The notes below the pieces were generated by a model that saw nothing but the letters and a program-made list of their open reading frames with translations, did no database searches and had not been told where the DNA came from. A stretch of 64,000 nucleotides of DNA from Antedon mediterranea (lineage: Eukaryota; Animalia; Echinodermata): NCBI RefSeq assembly GCF_964355755.1, contig NC_092679.1, positions 21,993,432 to 22,057,431 of the forward strand, written 5' to 3'. Each line of letters begins with the position of its first letter. Position 1 is the stretch's first letter. The translations under genes and the position numbers were made by a program. Positions 14,366 to 27,440 of the stretch are shown in pieces.

Positions 14366-15159
14366 ATGGATAAATAGCAATATAAATTAAAATAGATAAA
14401 ACCAACAATTCATCATCATAGGCCTATGTTTATGTACGTTGTGATTATGACCTAAAATAGAATCTACACACATTTTCGTAGTGACACATGAATAGTTATA
14501 CTGCATGTTTTTGACGATCTAAATTGCTAGTTAAAAACCATCATGTTTATAAATACACACACACGATTTTTTCGAATGCCTTAGAGCTTGTTTTGATGAC
14601 GTCATTGTGTGAGGACATTTACTTATTATTCTCCGTCATTCATCATAAACGTATTACTTTCTATTTTTAAATATCATTTTAAACATTTTTATTTTTGTAT
14701 ATTTATTAATTATATTATTACTTGATGAGTAGTTATAATAACTGTTTTTAAAAATAAAAATATATTTACGTATTGGTCATTTATAATATTGTAAACTGTA
14801 GAAATTTATTATATATTTTTTTATTTATATTATAATATACAGTAACATGTAATAGATTCCTGTCATTTGATTGGACGATAGTGGTTCACATGTCATTTGA
14901 TAGTATTATAAAACGATCATGTGATACTAATAATGTAGTACTTTTTTCTGGGTTTTTTTTTGTATAATTTATAAACCATGAAATTATTTGTATCATCGCA
15001 CTCATAAACATTCATTATTTGTAGTATATAATTTTCCTAGTAGGTAGGTGAAGACATGTGACATCATAGGTCATCTCAAATTTAATGCTCCCTAGTATCT
15101 ATCCAAATGTACAATTTGCTTTATTATCATAAAGTTTAACATCTTTTTTCTTATAACAG

Positions 15160-15246
15160 AAAGTTACAAAAGGTGCAAGGCATAAGATAGTGTTAAGCAT
15201 TCAGAAGTTGAAAGAAAGACAAAGTACACTACAAAGTTTAGAAAAG
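15160..15246 (+). CDS. SAMD4: Smaug/SAMD4 exon, SAM domain second half
   Basis: [29 protein letters not shown], with aacag acceptor and GTAAGT donor. Confidence 0.96.
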
Positions 15247-18200
15247 GTAAGTACAGGCTACAGCTCTATTCAAACTATCAAACTTTATGTGACAAAAAAT
15301 GTGATGTGCCCATATATGGACATGATGATGTTATCACTACCATATTTGGGAATATCACTACCATATTTGGGCACATTACACTGATAGTGTAGACATTTTC
15401 AATGAACAGTTCTATTTTATAATTATTTGACTTTGTAACATTGGATTTGTTTTTTCTTTTAGTATATTAACAGTGTTTTAAGCGTTGAATTAGTACTGAA
15501 AAAACTTCTTTGTTTGTTTGTTAAATTGACATTTACCATTCAAATAAAAAATAGTTTTCTGATTCAAATACGAAAAACATCATTGCAAAAGTTGTTTTTT
15601 CGTTCACTATGCTGTTATTTACTGATTAACAATTAATTAATATTACAATACATTAGCGAATGTATCTGTGAAAACCGCCGTTACGTTAATTTATGGTAAC
15701 GATAATGCGAATACTGCTGCAAGTTTAGTTTGCGAGGCTTTTAACGCATTGACAAGTTACTTAAGCGATGTATATCGACGACGATATGAAGTGATATCTC
15801 TGATTTATCATCCCTGATCAGTCGAGGATTATATTTTCATTTGCCATCTCTGAGTTGAGATTAGGCTTGGTGCAAGTTTGACGGGTATAATCATTTCTGG
15901 CATTATCAACTCAACTCAATTTAAGTGTTGCTAGTCGCCATGTGCATATTCATTTTTTATATATTTATGTAAATTCTAAAAGTCGATGTTTATTTCAAGA
16001 TTTTTTGCCGTTTTTACTTGTGGTGACTGTGGTTGTGTTTGTTTTCAACACCCGTTTTTTATAGTAATTTATGTTCTAGTAATTTTCGTTAATTGTTTCA
16101 TATTTTAATTAATTATAATTATGTGGTAATTCTTTGATTTTCATGCATGGGTAAAAGAAAATAATATTCATAGAACACTTTCTTGGAAATTGTAATGCAG
16201 GCTTGTTATTGAGATGTTATATGGACAATATTTATTATTATTACTGTCTATTGATCTGTCCAATGCGGAAAATCGTGGTTGTTAAAAAAAAAGTTGTCAT
16301 TATTAAAATCATAATCATTGACATATCAACAGTAATATTAGATTGTCATCAAAATCATTGACATATCAGTGATATTAGTTGTTATATAACACCTAAATAT
16401 TATTCCTGTCTTTTTATCGGAGGATTATGGTCACATATTGTGCAATAGTATAAATAGTATTAACTTTTTTTAGCCTTTGGGAAGGAAAAAAATGTACAAA
16501 CATAACTGTGATTCTGAATGTAAAATACAACAGTGCTGCCTATTTTTTTATAACAATAACATTTTTGGGGATGAGGTGAATGATGAAAGGTTATATTTCA
16601 TCATTCGCCTTGTTGAAATATAACCTTTCATCATTCACCTCATGCCATTATTTGTACCATTACACTCATAAACATTCATTATTTGTATATCATTATCAAT
16701 CACATCAACAATGATATTTGTTGCATTATCAAAATTATCATCAAATCATTTAAAAAACAACATTGATAAATTAATACTGATTTTGTTTCTAATTACCAAC
16801 AATGACATTTGTTGTTTAAATGACATAACATTTTAGTCAGTTGTTAGTTGACATTAAGAGTAGAAGTACATAGACGCTGAAATGTAAATCATTTCTATTC
16901 AAACTCTTATGATTAATTGATTCTTGATTAACTGTGACAGGCGAGTGTTTGTAAATATTACATACTCTCCTCTCCAAATCCATTAATAGATTGAAAACGT
17001 TCTATTAATCTATAAACATAAAGTTCGTATGTAGTTTGTGAAGTCATTAAAACTACTAATTATAGTTTTTTCATGTTTAAAAATACATTTTGATAATATA
17101 CATTTAGTTTATGATCACTCAAATCTAATTGTACTCAAAACAGCTCAATATTGTTTAGTTTGTTTTGAAGGATCATGTCAAAATTATTCTACTACATTAA
17201 TTCTACTGCAGCTACTGGAGTACTTAACTACAGTTTTACTTGAAATAATAATAATAGTTTGTTTATGTAGAGGTTCATGAAAGAGTTGCTGCAAGTCCAA
17301 AATATCAACCGAATATTTGTATAGTATCCAAATTTGTCCAGTATCATAGGTGAATTCGGTGATACAGCATCACGTGTTTCACATGTTACGCCTGTATCAT
17401 ACCCTAATCCTTATCCTATCCTTCCATGATACATGCACCGCATGTGATACATTACCTATAAGATGCTTTAATACAGAATTTGACAAATATTGCCATATGT
17501 AAAGATGTAGCACTGAAAATCTGGTTTCAAATCAATTGTTTGATTTGGATTTTGTGGTTTTTCTTTGAGGCGAATGCATTATTAATATTATGAAGATTGT
17601 AATATTAATTTTAACATTAGTAAGCGTCGAAAGAAACACGTATAAATTACTTATAGTGCTATATGCATTGTTATAAAAAAAAAAATCCAGTTATCGATGC
17701 ACTATGTTATTGTAAAAGAAATTACCAATAACCAAATAAAATTATAAATATAAATTAATTTTTCATATGACAAGATTTTTAGTGAAACCAATAGTTCATT
17801 TATTATATGAAATCATAATTTTAAAAATACAGCGCATATAAACATTTCCAATTCCTTTTGTTATTAAATACAATATTACATAACATGTTTAAAAACAACA
17901 CTATGAGATAATGTAAAAAGGGATACACTCAAAAAATGAATGAGTAGATGACAATGGATTTAAGGGATTTTCTTGGTGGTTGTGAATTTAAAATGTGTAT
18001 TGAATTTTAAATTATTTATGTTCATAACAATTATGAGAGACACTGAAGGTGGATTGTAGAAATCAATTATTTAAAGACGTTGTGTTTTGTTGGTATTAGT
18101 TATTAATTCAGTCTATATCATGTTGAATAGAGACAAAAAGCTTATATGAGTGGGTGGGTAGTGTAGATTTTCCAGTACTGTTGGGGGTATAGTTTTGCTG

Positions 18201-19082
18201 GGGAGGGGGGGGGGGGCGGAGGTTGGTAAGCTTGGTCACTCATCAATATCCTCTGTCATGTTTGTTTTAAAGCTCTGTCTACACTATAAAAAAAAAGTGT
18301 CATGTGCCCAAATATGGTAGTGATATGACATCATCATGTCCATTATATGGGCACATCACATTTTTTGTTTGTCACATAGAGTTTGATAGTGTAGACAGAG
18401 CTTTACATGGTAATGTAATCAACACTCTACAAAAAACACAATTCATCTATTTGGTCATCAATATTTAATAGATTTCTTAATATTATTTAAATTTATAATT
18501 TATTTAGTCTGGGCATTGTAGACGCTGTTGTTTACAAGTAGTAATATATTGGGCAAATAATATTTTTTATTGAGAGTTGAATTGAGAATAAAGTAAGAAT
18601 GATTGTATTTATTGTAATTATTTTTTTTGTTTATTTAATTTTTAAAGCATTAATACAGTGAATATGATAATGAATATTATTAAGTAATGTCTATTCCCAT
18701 CTACAGTACAATAACACCACTATAAAAATATAATAAGATTATGTTCAATATTATATGTAACTTATCTATTTTTTCATTAAAAAAATCAAATTATACTTTT
18801 TGCTATCTTTCTAATACCAGGGTCTTTGGTTCAAGTCATGAACAGTTCCAATACAGTGCCACTACCTAGCCTCATGTGAAACTTAATTTAGAAAGCCTGT
18901 AATTGGTGATTCACATAATTTGCTGTTGGAAGTTGTAAAATTAATAATAATAATAATATTTATTTCCACAACTAATAGAGCAAAATACAGAGTATCATAA
19001 TAAATATAGAAACAATAATGAACATAATTAAAAAAATGCAAGAAAATCAAATAAAAATAAGTTTTATACATTCTTCTTGCAG

Positions 19083-19296
19083 GACATCATGTCAGACAGC
19101 AATGCTGGAACATTACGAAATGCGCTGAACGAAATCAAAACGATGCTCGGAACGCCCATCAGAAGTTACATACCCGAGAACGATAGTTACGATCAGTACG
19201 GTCAGGACTCACTGCCGTCTGATAGTGACCAAGGATCTTCACATTTGATTGCAAACGGGGATATACCTGGTCAGATCACAAGATTTATGGGGAAAA
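19083..19296 (+). CDS. SAMD4: Smaug/SAMD4 exon, PHAT-like region
   Basis: DIMSDSNAGTLRNALNEIKTMLGTPIRSY...GDIPGQITRFMGK, with ttgcag acceptor and GTAAGA donor. Confidence 0.92.
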
Positions 19297-20865
19297 GTAA
19301 GAGTTTACGGTAGAAATCCTATTAAGGGCACACCTCCCGGACCAATAGGAGTGTTTCCTATCATTCTTTTTATGTGAAAGTGTCCCCTGAACACAGTAGT
19401 CCTCAAGCTCTATCTACACTATAAAATTTATGTGACAAAAAAATGTGATGTAGACAAGATGATATCACTACCATATTTGGGCATATCATTACCATATTTG
19501 GGCACATCACACTTTTTTTTTTCAAACTAGTTTGATAGTGTAGACGGAGGTTTGGGCTTTATGGCAGCCAAAGAAGGAAGGAGTATAAACATAGCTACAG
19601 AAAGGTTTAAAGCTCTGTTTACACTATCAAATGTTATGAATTTTATGAAAAATGTGCCTATATGCATATGATGATGTCATCACTACTATATTTAGGCATA
19701 TCACTACCATGCTCCCTCCCCTCCAAACCAATCTACCCTGCAGGAGGCAAACTGTAATTGTGTGGGTATAACAGAGATAGTCTAGTCATCCTCGGGTACA
19801 GTATATAGTACTTAGTAGGCTCACCTTCCAATCCTGACAAAATGTTGCATTCAAATGTGATAAATGACAGTAATGAAATTACAAACATGAAAATATTAAT
19901 GTTGTATGTTCAGAGAGTTTAAAAACTGAAACTAAATTGAAAGTTAACATTTTATACAACTTTCATGCTAGACAGTTTCTTGCTCTGTGTAATTATAACC
20001 GTGGTTAAAAAAGTAACGAGGGGAAATCCCCAGTTTTTACATTTATGCATTAACATAAATTATAATCCATGGAGGAAAGTAAATCAGTTGCGCCTGTCTA
20101 CACAAGGAAATTATTACAAGTATGGAAACAATAATTCTTGACCTTTTGACCTATTGCGCCCTCTAGAGATATATTACACACAAATAAATCATCTTTATAA
20201 TTATTTTCATTGTTGTATATATATCTTGAATCGAGTGCCTGAACGATTTTGGGAGGGGTGACGAAAACCAAACAGGGACACGTTCAAGTCTCTCCTGGCT
20301 CATGTACAAGAACCCAGCCCCTTTTTTGGAGGAGTAGAGGTTTACCCTGGAGTATTGTTTCTTTTGTCATGGAAAGACGCTATATATAAGAAACATCCAA
20401 CCAATATTAATAATAAAAATAATTGAAAACTTATATAGCACCGGTATCCCCCACCCGTGTGGAGCTCATGGCACTTTGTGCATTAGAAACGTGCAAGTAC
20501 AGTACATCAGCGAATAGCGACGTCTTCGGGTTGGTCTTGGAGCATTTAACTGTTGCTGGTAAACTGTTCCATACACTTAGTGCTGACCCCACTGATTTTT
20601 GACTTTATGCTCTTGAAGAAGGTTTTGTGACAATGAAAGTAGGCCTCTGCAGGATGATTCATAACGATCCACAAATATTGGCAACGTGTAATAATTAGTA
20701 CCATAAAAAATGTTATGACTTGATAAAATTATCAAGAGATTAAATTTTAAGAGATATTTATTATATGTTTTGATACAACCTCCTGATCACTAACCTGGCT
20801 TTCATACAACCCCTGATCTTGCGCTGATGGCTATGACAATTTTTACTTTATATTTTTATCTTTAG

Positions 20866-21073
20866 TGTGTACACAGTTGGTGATGTTGAGAAGACCAGAT
20901 GAAGATTCCATAAGCCTATACCTACAACTCCTTGAGAAATGTCTAAACCATGAAGCCTTCAGCAACATCCACAAGAAAAGACTGATGACGTGGCGCCAGA
21001 GCTTCCAAAAGTTTTCATCCAGAAGTCCGTACATTAGGAAGCAGTCCGTTCAAGATTTGCGAACTCCTAGAAC
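20866..21073 (+). CDS. SAMD4: Smaug/SAMD4 exon, PHAT-like region continued
   Basis: [45 protein letters not shown], with tttag acceptor and GTAAGA donor. Confidence 0.92.
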
Positions 21074-21495
21074 GTAAGAAATAATAGATTTTAAACGTTT
21101 ATTAAACAAGTACACATTACCCGAGTATATTTGCAGACATCCCAACTTGGAAATCATTAAATATTGAGATACTTTGAGGGCATTGTCATTTCTAAAATAA
21201 ACATCCAAACATAGAGAGGTGCTATTTCAAAAACTCTTAAGTATCAGTATGCCAGGCAATTTATAAACATGACAATTTCAATATACACTGTGTGTTCGGA
21301 TATGTGTTGGCACTGCATGCTTATTGTTTAGTTAACAAAAGGGCCTAAATAATAATTTATGCACTACCAGAATTTTTGGGGTCTTTAAGGGGTAGATAAC
21401 TCAAAATACGCAGAAACTGGAGACCTACAGTATCTGTATTTGACATTCAACTTCCAAAATGCGTACCTCTACCTAGATCTACTTCTTATTTGTAG

Positions 21496-21670
21496 GTGGG
21501 GCCACGTTAGTAACATTCCAATTGACTACAAGCCTAGTTTACGAAGCCAGCGGCTGTGTTATCCACGACCTTTGAACCAACGTGTTCCAATGGTTATTGG
21601 TATGGGTTCAAGTGGCTTGTTTAGGCCTGTAACAAATCACGCCAGCAACTTGAACTATTCACCCCAACAG
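21496..21670 (+). CDS. SAMD4: Smaug/SAMD4 exon, low-complexity C-terminal region
   Basis: tgtag acceptor and GTAAGT donor. The phase-2 start joins the previous exon in frame (WGHVSNIPIDYKPSLRSQR...YSPQQ). Confidence 0.82.
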
Positions 21671-21689
21671 GTAAGTTTTATATGTCATT

Positions 21690-21870
21690 TCTTTCTTCAG
21701 TCCATGTCGTCCCACTGCTGAGCAAAGGCTTCTCCCAATTGGTGCCAGTTGTTCCTGTCTTTCACAAATCTTGGCCATGCTGTGGTAATGGTCTGTCTGA
21801 TGAGCGCATCCCTTAATCTCAAATGAGGTCTACCCCTCTTTCTTTTCCAATATATTGGCACCTTTGGGCT
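21690..21870 (-). mobile_element. 5'-truncated RTE-clade LINE 3' end in a Smaug intron
   Basis: KRKRGRP...W..FVKDRNNWHQLGEAFAQQWD* is typical of an RTE ORF C-terminus and is followed by a short GAA-rich tail. Confidence 0.72.
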
Positions 21871-22097
21871 GGCCAAATATATCTGGTTTTTTTTTGGAAA
21901 GTCTGGCATTCGGAATGTGTTAAAAGGATGGTGGTAAAAGGAATTTGGAACCTTTTGGTTCTCAAGAAAAGTCTGGTATTGGGCGAGTTTCTGGCTTTCA
22001 GAGAAACCCGTATTGTTACATACAATATAGCAGGGATCTTACAGAGAAAAGTTTATTTTCTGTAGTCATAATACCCTTTGTTTCCTATGTTATTTAG

Positions 22098-22281
22098 TTA
22101 AGTGGTAACCACCATCAGGGTGTCCAACGAACACAGTCTATGCCTGTACGCAGGATGTCACAGCCAGTTGTCCAGCAACAGGGTCTGCAGACGGCAGAGT
22201 CAACGGCAACTTTACAAGAACCGGATATTAACAACTGTTTGGAAAACTTGTGTCGGAGTGTTACGGAAATAGCTCTCAGTG
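22098..22281 (+). CDS. SAMD4: Smaug/SAMD4 penultimate exon
   Basis: LSGNHHQGVQRTQSMPVRR...EPDINNCLENLCRSVTEIALS resembles the conserved SAMD4 motifs VQRTxSLP and LESLCLSMTEHAL. GTGAGT donor. Confidence 0.9.
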
Positions 22282-22711
22282 GTGAGTATACATTATGTGG
22301 CCATATATAATTGCATGCGTGAGGTAAGGATGTTCATATTGCGTCTTTATGAGGTAGAAAATTAAAAACAGTGCCTAAAGTTAATAGATTTTTTGGCGCT
22401 TTTTCTCCCATCATACAAAATAGAGATTCTTATAGTGCATTTTTCAGTCCATGTACTGTGTTGAAAAGGAAGGGAAAAAAGAAAAGGGGAAAAAAGAAAG
22501 GCAAAAAAGGGAAATAAATAAACAAACAAAATTAAATAAATTTTAAAAAATAAGAAATAGATTTGGTCAAGTCCTCACCAAAATGTTTTGATGTATTTAA
22601 GTTTATTTATATTTGAGTAGACAAAGGTAATTATGTCTGTGCATAGAAAGCTAATCATTTTTACAAAATCAAGACTTTGGTGTTTACATTTTTCCTCAAC
22701 ATTTTACACAG

Positions 22712-22749
22712 ATGGTCCTGAACGTAGCCTGGACTCAGTTGGAAACTAA
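22712..22749 (+). CDS. SAMD4: Smaug/SAMD4 terminal coding exon with stop codon
   Basis: acacag acceptor and phase 1 give DGPERSLDSVGN*, with TAA at 22747-22749 followed by a long AT-rich probable 3'UTR. Confidence 0.8.
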
Positions 22750-25450
22750 CGCACTTTAAGACGCGAGAGCAAACTATTAGCACCGTGAAGTTGACAAGAA
22801 GTGAATTATGGTATATGTAGGCGGTAAAAACTGGGAGAAAATTACTGATGCGAAAAATTCAAAAGCGAGAGGTGGGTTCTGATGGCAGGGTGAAATGACG
22901 CTGAGAAGGAAACTATCGCATCACGACAGTAATACACAAAAATAACCAACGACAGCTGATTGTAAATAAAATAAACCCGTGAAATTGTCGGTTAAGGTTT
23001 TGAATGTACTATAACCAAGAATTCATATTGCATGCACTGGCCTATAGCATGTTAAAATTATAAGTTTAACCCCTATAAAATAATAGCCTTCCCTGGTTTA
23101 TGTTACTATAGATATTGGGTGTTTTTTTTTCACAGAGAAGCCATTTTATCGAGATTACTGGCCGATAAATGGTTCGGTGGTTTACATTTTTGAGGTTCCT
23201 ATTCATATTCAAAAAATCATTATGTAAGAAAAATGTGTGTAGGATTTACAAGTAAAGAGGCGTGAATTCTCAGCTGTTTTATTAATCACTCTAGTAAAGC
23301 ATACAATTTCATCAATAAAATGTTAGTGGGTGTGGGTTGGCGGGAATCCATGTTCAGTTTCAGCTGAATCTTTTCATATCCATAAAGTGGGTGGGATTTA
23401 GTCAATGTGTAATTTATAAATGCACTTTGGTCATGGGATTTATTGTCGTAACAATATCTGTGAGAAAAATCTGAAATTAAGGTAAAAAGTTCTGAATCAA
23501 TGTATCTAGAACATCTTGTTTTTGTTAGTATTACATGGATCTCTAGCACTTTTTATAGATTTGCTATATTTGAAAAAGTAGCTCCCATTATGATTTAATT
23601 CGCGTAAAGAAAGAAAAACATTTAAATCATCTTTCTAATTGATTGATTTTCTTTTGAATTTATTTGTCTTAATTAAGCAACATTATTAAACTTTCGCGAA
23701 AGTTTATATATTTTTTTTAGTCAGAAATATCTATTAGTTGAACTGTTGACCAGCTCAGCTATTCTATTGAGAGTTTGTGTGTTGATGTAACGCTTCTATA
23801 TAAATCATTTGGATATGAAACTTTAGTAAATTCGTAAGTACTTTGATGTCGTCATTGATTATATATCACAAATATATATATGTGTTTATTATGCTTTGGA
23901 AGCTCTAGTTGTAATCGATGGATATTTGGTTTAGTATTTGTGGTGTTACTCAAGTTTAAAAAGGTGACAGTTGTTTGTCCTCCTATTCAAATCTTCCTCC
24001 GTTATCAGTAGCGTACTTTTTCAAAATTTTAAGGTATATTGTAAAGTGGTTACACTCAAGCTGGCTGTTGTCGTATTGAACAAAGACAGTTCCTGGTGTT
24101 TTACCCATATGCGGGGTTTGTATCGAACTTGTGTTGTACAATTCTGATTGGTTGTTTGATACATCGTGTCACGGTTCACTTCAGTTTCCATGGTGTATCT
24201 GTCTTAATAGCACCTTGTACAGAGTGAAATAAAACCCATAAAATATGCACTTTTCCCATTATCTAACAACAGGATGCTGAGCTTGTCTTGCCAAGATTGG
24301 GACTTGTAACAGTCCTTTGATCTTATGTCTGGCTGCGACAAATACCAGCAGTATGTGCATATTCTCTGCGATGAGCAGTGTCTGTAGGATGTGGAACTGA
24401 TTGTGTTGCAGCCATAGATAAACCCTTTGATCTACGGAGCTCAGCATCATGTTGTTAGATTGGCTTTGTCATACCTTGTCTTTTCCAGTCTATCTCTTCT
24501 ACCTATTGTTACCCATAATTCATTGTGGTTCTTTCTGTTCCTTTTATCTTGTTTAAAACGTATATAACTTTGAATGGTAAACACTGGTTGTTTTTTCTAT
24601 TTTTGTGAATTTAATGTCATTGTGGCAGGAGCCATTTCATTTAGAATAGCGCTGTATATTATATAATTGATATACTTATGGCTCCGCAGTTAATTTAACT
24701 TTTTTAGGTGAAGTCTGATAGGTAGTAGTTTATTATTAAACCCAATTAATTTTTTTATTAACACATTAAAATTTCGAAATTTGCATTTTTTTTTCTCAAT
24801 TTCGACTCCAAATTCTTAAGAAATTATCACTCAACATAAAGAAATTATCACTCAACATAATAGGTTTTCCCCTAAGATTATAATATATTTTTGTATAATT
24901 TTAAAAATATTTCTTGCATGATACATAATTAATCTTTCTCGTATTTTTCCATTAAATTTCTTTTTATGGTGTTCCATAAATTCTTATTAGTTGATACTCA
25001 AGATAACATATTTCATGATGTAGAAAGCCTTTAGGGTGGAAACAGGTAAAATCCAAGCATTATAGTGTGATCATTATTCTGTGAATAATGTCTTGTCATA
25101 CAAACATTTCTTTTTCAATCAAAGTCACTATACAAACACTTGATGTGATTTCTACTAAAAATTGCTCATCAAAACCTTGAGAACAAGTAAACAACAGTTT
25201 TATGTATATTTATTTAATGCACTGTCTTAGCTGGTTGGATGTTGATGTGATTGAGACGTCCTCTGGAAGGAATTCTTAGCTTTCGTGTTGAAACTGAAAA
25301 TTAAAACCAATTTAGATATTAAAATTGCACGTATCTTACAAGACTACAGTGTATAGTAAATTGCAAAGAAAAATGCATTTAAACATTTTTTTTTCTCTTT
25401 TTCTTCTGTTTAAGTTTTTATTCTAGTTTCTTTCCATTTGCGATGATTTA

Positions 25451-25571
25451 AGCTCTGTCTACACTATCAAATTTTATATGACAAAAATATGTGATGCGCC
25501 CATGGACATGATGTCATATTTGGGCACATCACACTTTTTTGTCAAACTAGTTTGATAGTGTATACAGAGCT
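25451..25571. mobile_element. Abundant short Harbinger-like MITE family, representative copy
   Basis: TIRs AGCTCTGTCTACACTATCAAA and TTTGATAGTGTAGACAGAGCT in TTA/TAA sites. Other full or partial copies near 1-151, 1904-1970, 3205-3345, 15262-15395, 18271-18402, 19407-19550, 19611-19710, 42446-42583, 47020-48050, 48664-48805, 58541-58690, 60661-60810 and 61340-61480. Confidence 0.88.
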
Positions 25572-25800
25572 TTACCAATATTGTTTCAATAATAGGCAAC
25601 TGTATCTGCTAAAACTTAACAAGAAATCAAATGTGAGAAAGATGCTCATACCAAAGTCATCCCACAAACATTTAATTTTCATGATGCTCATTAGACTACA
25701 CATCGCTGTTGAGTCTAACAGACATTCTGCATATGCCCATATGTTTCTGATCTTGCACAAAATGTCTTTTGTCAGCTCTCTGATTGATGAATTAAAGTAA

Positions 25801-26062
25801 GGGGCGTGTAGCACAGTGTGTCGAAAGTTCGAATCCAATCCAAATCATTGCTTGTATCCTTAGGCAAGACACTTTACATTGCCTCTCTCCACCCAGGTGT
25901 ATAAATGGGTACCTGGTATAGATCAAAACACAACTGCGCTAATTACGACTGCAACATTATGGAAATATCTTTTCAGATGTGTTTGATCCACAACATTACC
26001 AGGGTAATAATGTAAAGAGCCTAGAGGCTTTGTGCATTAAGCTCTATATCGATGTATTATCA
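25801..26062 (+). mobile_element. tRNA-derived SINE with CORE-like body and L2-type tail
   Basis: GTTCGAATCC B-box, then TCCTTAGGCAAGACACTTTAC...CCACCCAGGTGTATAAATGGGTACC, then the tail TGTAAAGAGCCTAGAG...CTATAT. A similar tail fragment lies at ~2020-2092. Confidence 0.72.
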
Positions 26063-26345
26063 TCATAAAACGTAACTAGGACTTAGCAAATGGAAAGCTC
26101 TCTATTTCTCTGTACCTTTCATAGTGACTTCTATATACTTATTTTTTAACTGAACTACGTTACATTTAAATATACTTGTTCTATTTATGTACAATTTTAT
26201 ATAAAAATGATTTTAGTAGACTTTGCGGGACAAACCAACTATTTTTACTGGTATCTGTGTGGATATGCTTGATGTATTTTTTTTCCAACAGATTGAGTGT
26301 GTGATTTTTTGGGTGGTAACAACATATGTAGTAATCTTTGGTTTA

Positions 26346-26715
26346 CAGTAGAACCTCTATTAAGGGGACACTTTCAGGACCAATAAAAGGTCGCTAAATG
26401 CATGTCAAAGTAAAGAGTACACACCAGACTATAGAGTTCTCTAAAGAAGAGGAGGGCTTATTATTTTCATAAAATTAAGCTGTTGGAAATATGTTTGATG
26501 ATGGTGCCATCCATAGTGGTTTTATTCACATAGTTAGGCTGTTGGAAATATGTTTGATGATGGTGTCATCCATAGTGGTTTTATTCACATAGTTAGGCTG
26601 TTGGAAATATGTTTGATGATGGTGTCAGCCATAGCGTTGAACTTGTAGTGTCCTTCCGTCGTTTGACGGTAAAGTGTCCCCTTAGTAGAGGTGTCTGAAG
26701 GAAATTGTTCTACTG
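26346..26715. mobile_element. Degenerate Tigger-like MITE family (CAGTAGAACCTCTATTAAGGGGACAC ends)
   Basis: The same terminal motifs recur near 13890-14070, 19310-19400, 38305-38555, 51070-51160, 53820-53970 and 58430-58486. Confidence 0.65.
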
Positions 26716-26994
26716 ATTATAAATATTGAAATTCTTTTAATTCTTGCAATTATCAGGTGCTGCCGGTACGGTATTTTTGTTTGGCTAAAATTGAAAAACA
26801 ACTAAAATGAGATTGAATATGAATAAGCAGTCTCGTATTATAAATTAAGCTTGTTTTCTAGCCTGTTTCTTATGTATGTTGATCATACTTATTTCTTAGA
26901 AAAACGTTTATTTTTGTGAGAAATCAAAATCTTGATAGGTAATAAGAATAATGTTAATTATATAATCCCAGTTAGATTTATTGTAAACAGTGCT

Positions 26995-27440
26995 GATTTT
27001 CCGAAATGTCACCATTATTTTCTGAAATTATGTCACCATGATTTTCCGAAATGTCACCATGATTTTCCAAAATGTCACCATGATTTTCTGAAATTTCACT
27101 TTTATTTGTGTAAATATGTCACTGCGGTTTGCTTTAAAAAAAATCACCCTGGTTTGCTAAAGATTTTCGCCCTGATAAGGGATTGCATAAAATGTCACTT
27201 CGATATAAAAATTTCGCTGTGATTTGCTAAAATGCCACTTTGATTTGCATAAAAATGTCACTGTGATTTGCATACAAATGTCACTTTGATTTTCATAAAG
27301 ATGTCACTGTGATTTGCATACAAATGCCACTGTAATTTGCATGCAAATGTCACTGTGATTTGCATAAAAATGTCACGGTGATTTGCATACAAATGTCATG
27401 GTGATTTGCATACAAATGTCACTGTGATTTGCATAAAATG
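26995..27440. repeat. 21-23-bp minisatellite; the distal part carries ATTTGCAT octamers
   Basis: AAATGTCACCATGATTTTCC units grade into AAATGTCACTGTGATTTGCATAC units. Confidence 0.88.

Noticed and set aside
18199-18226. G-run with G-quadruplex potential in a Smaug intron
   Set aside because: An isolated homopolymer with no supporting context.
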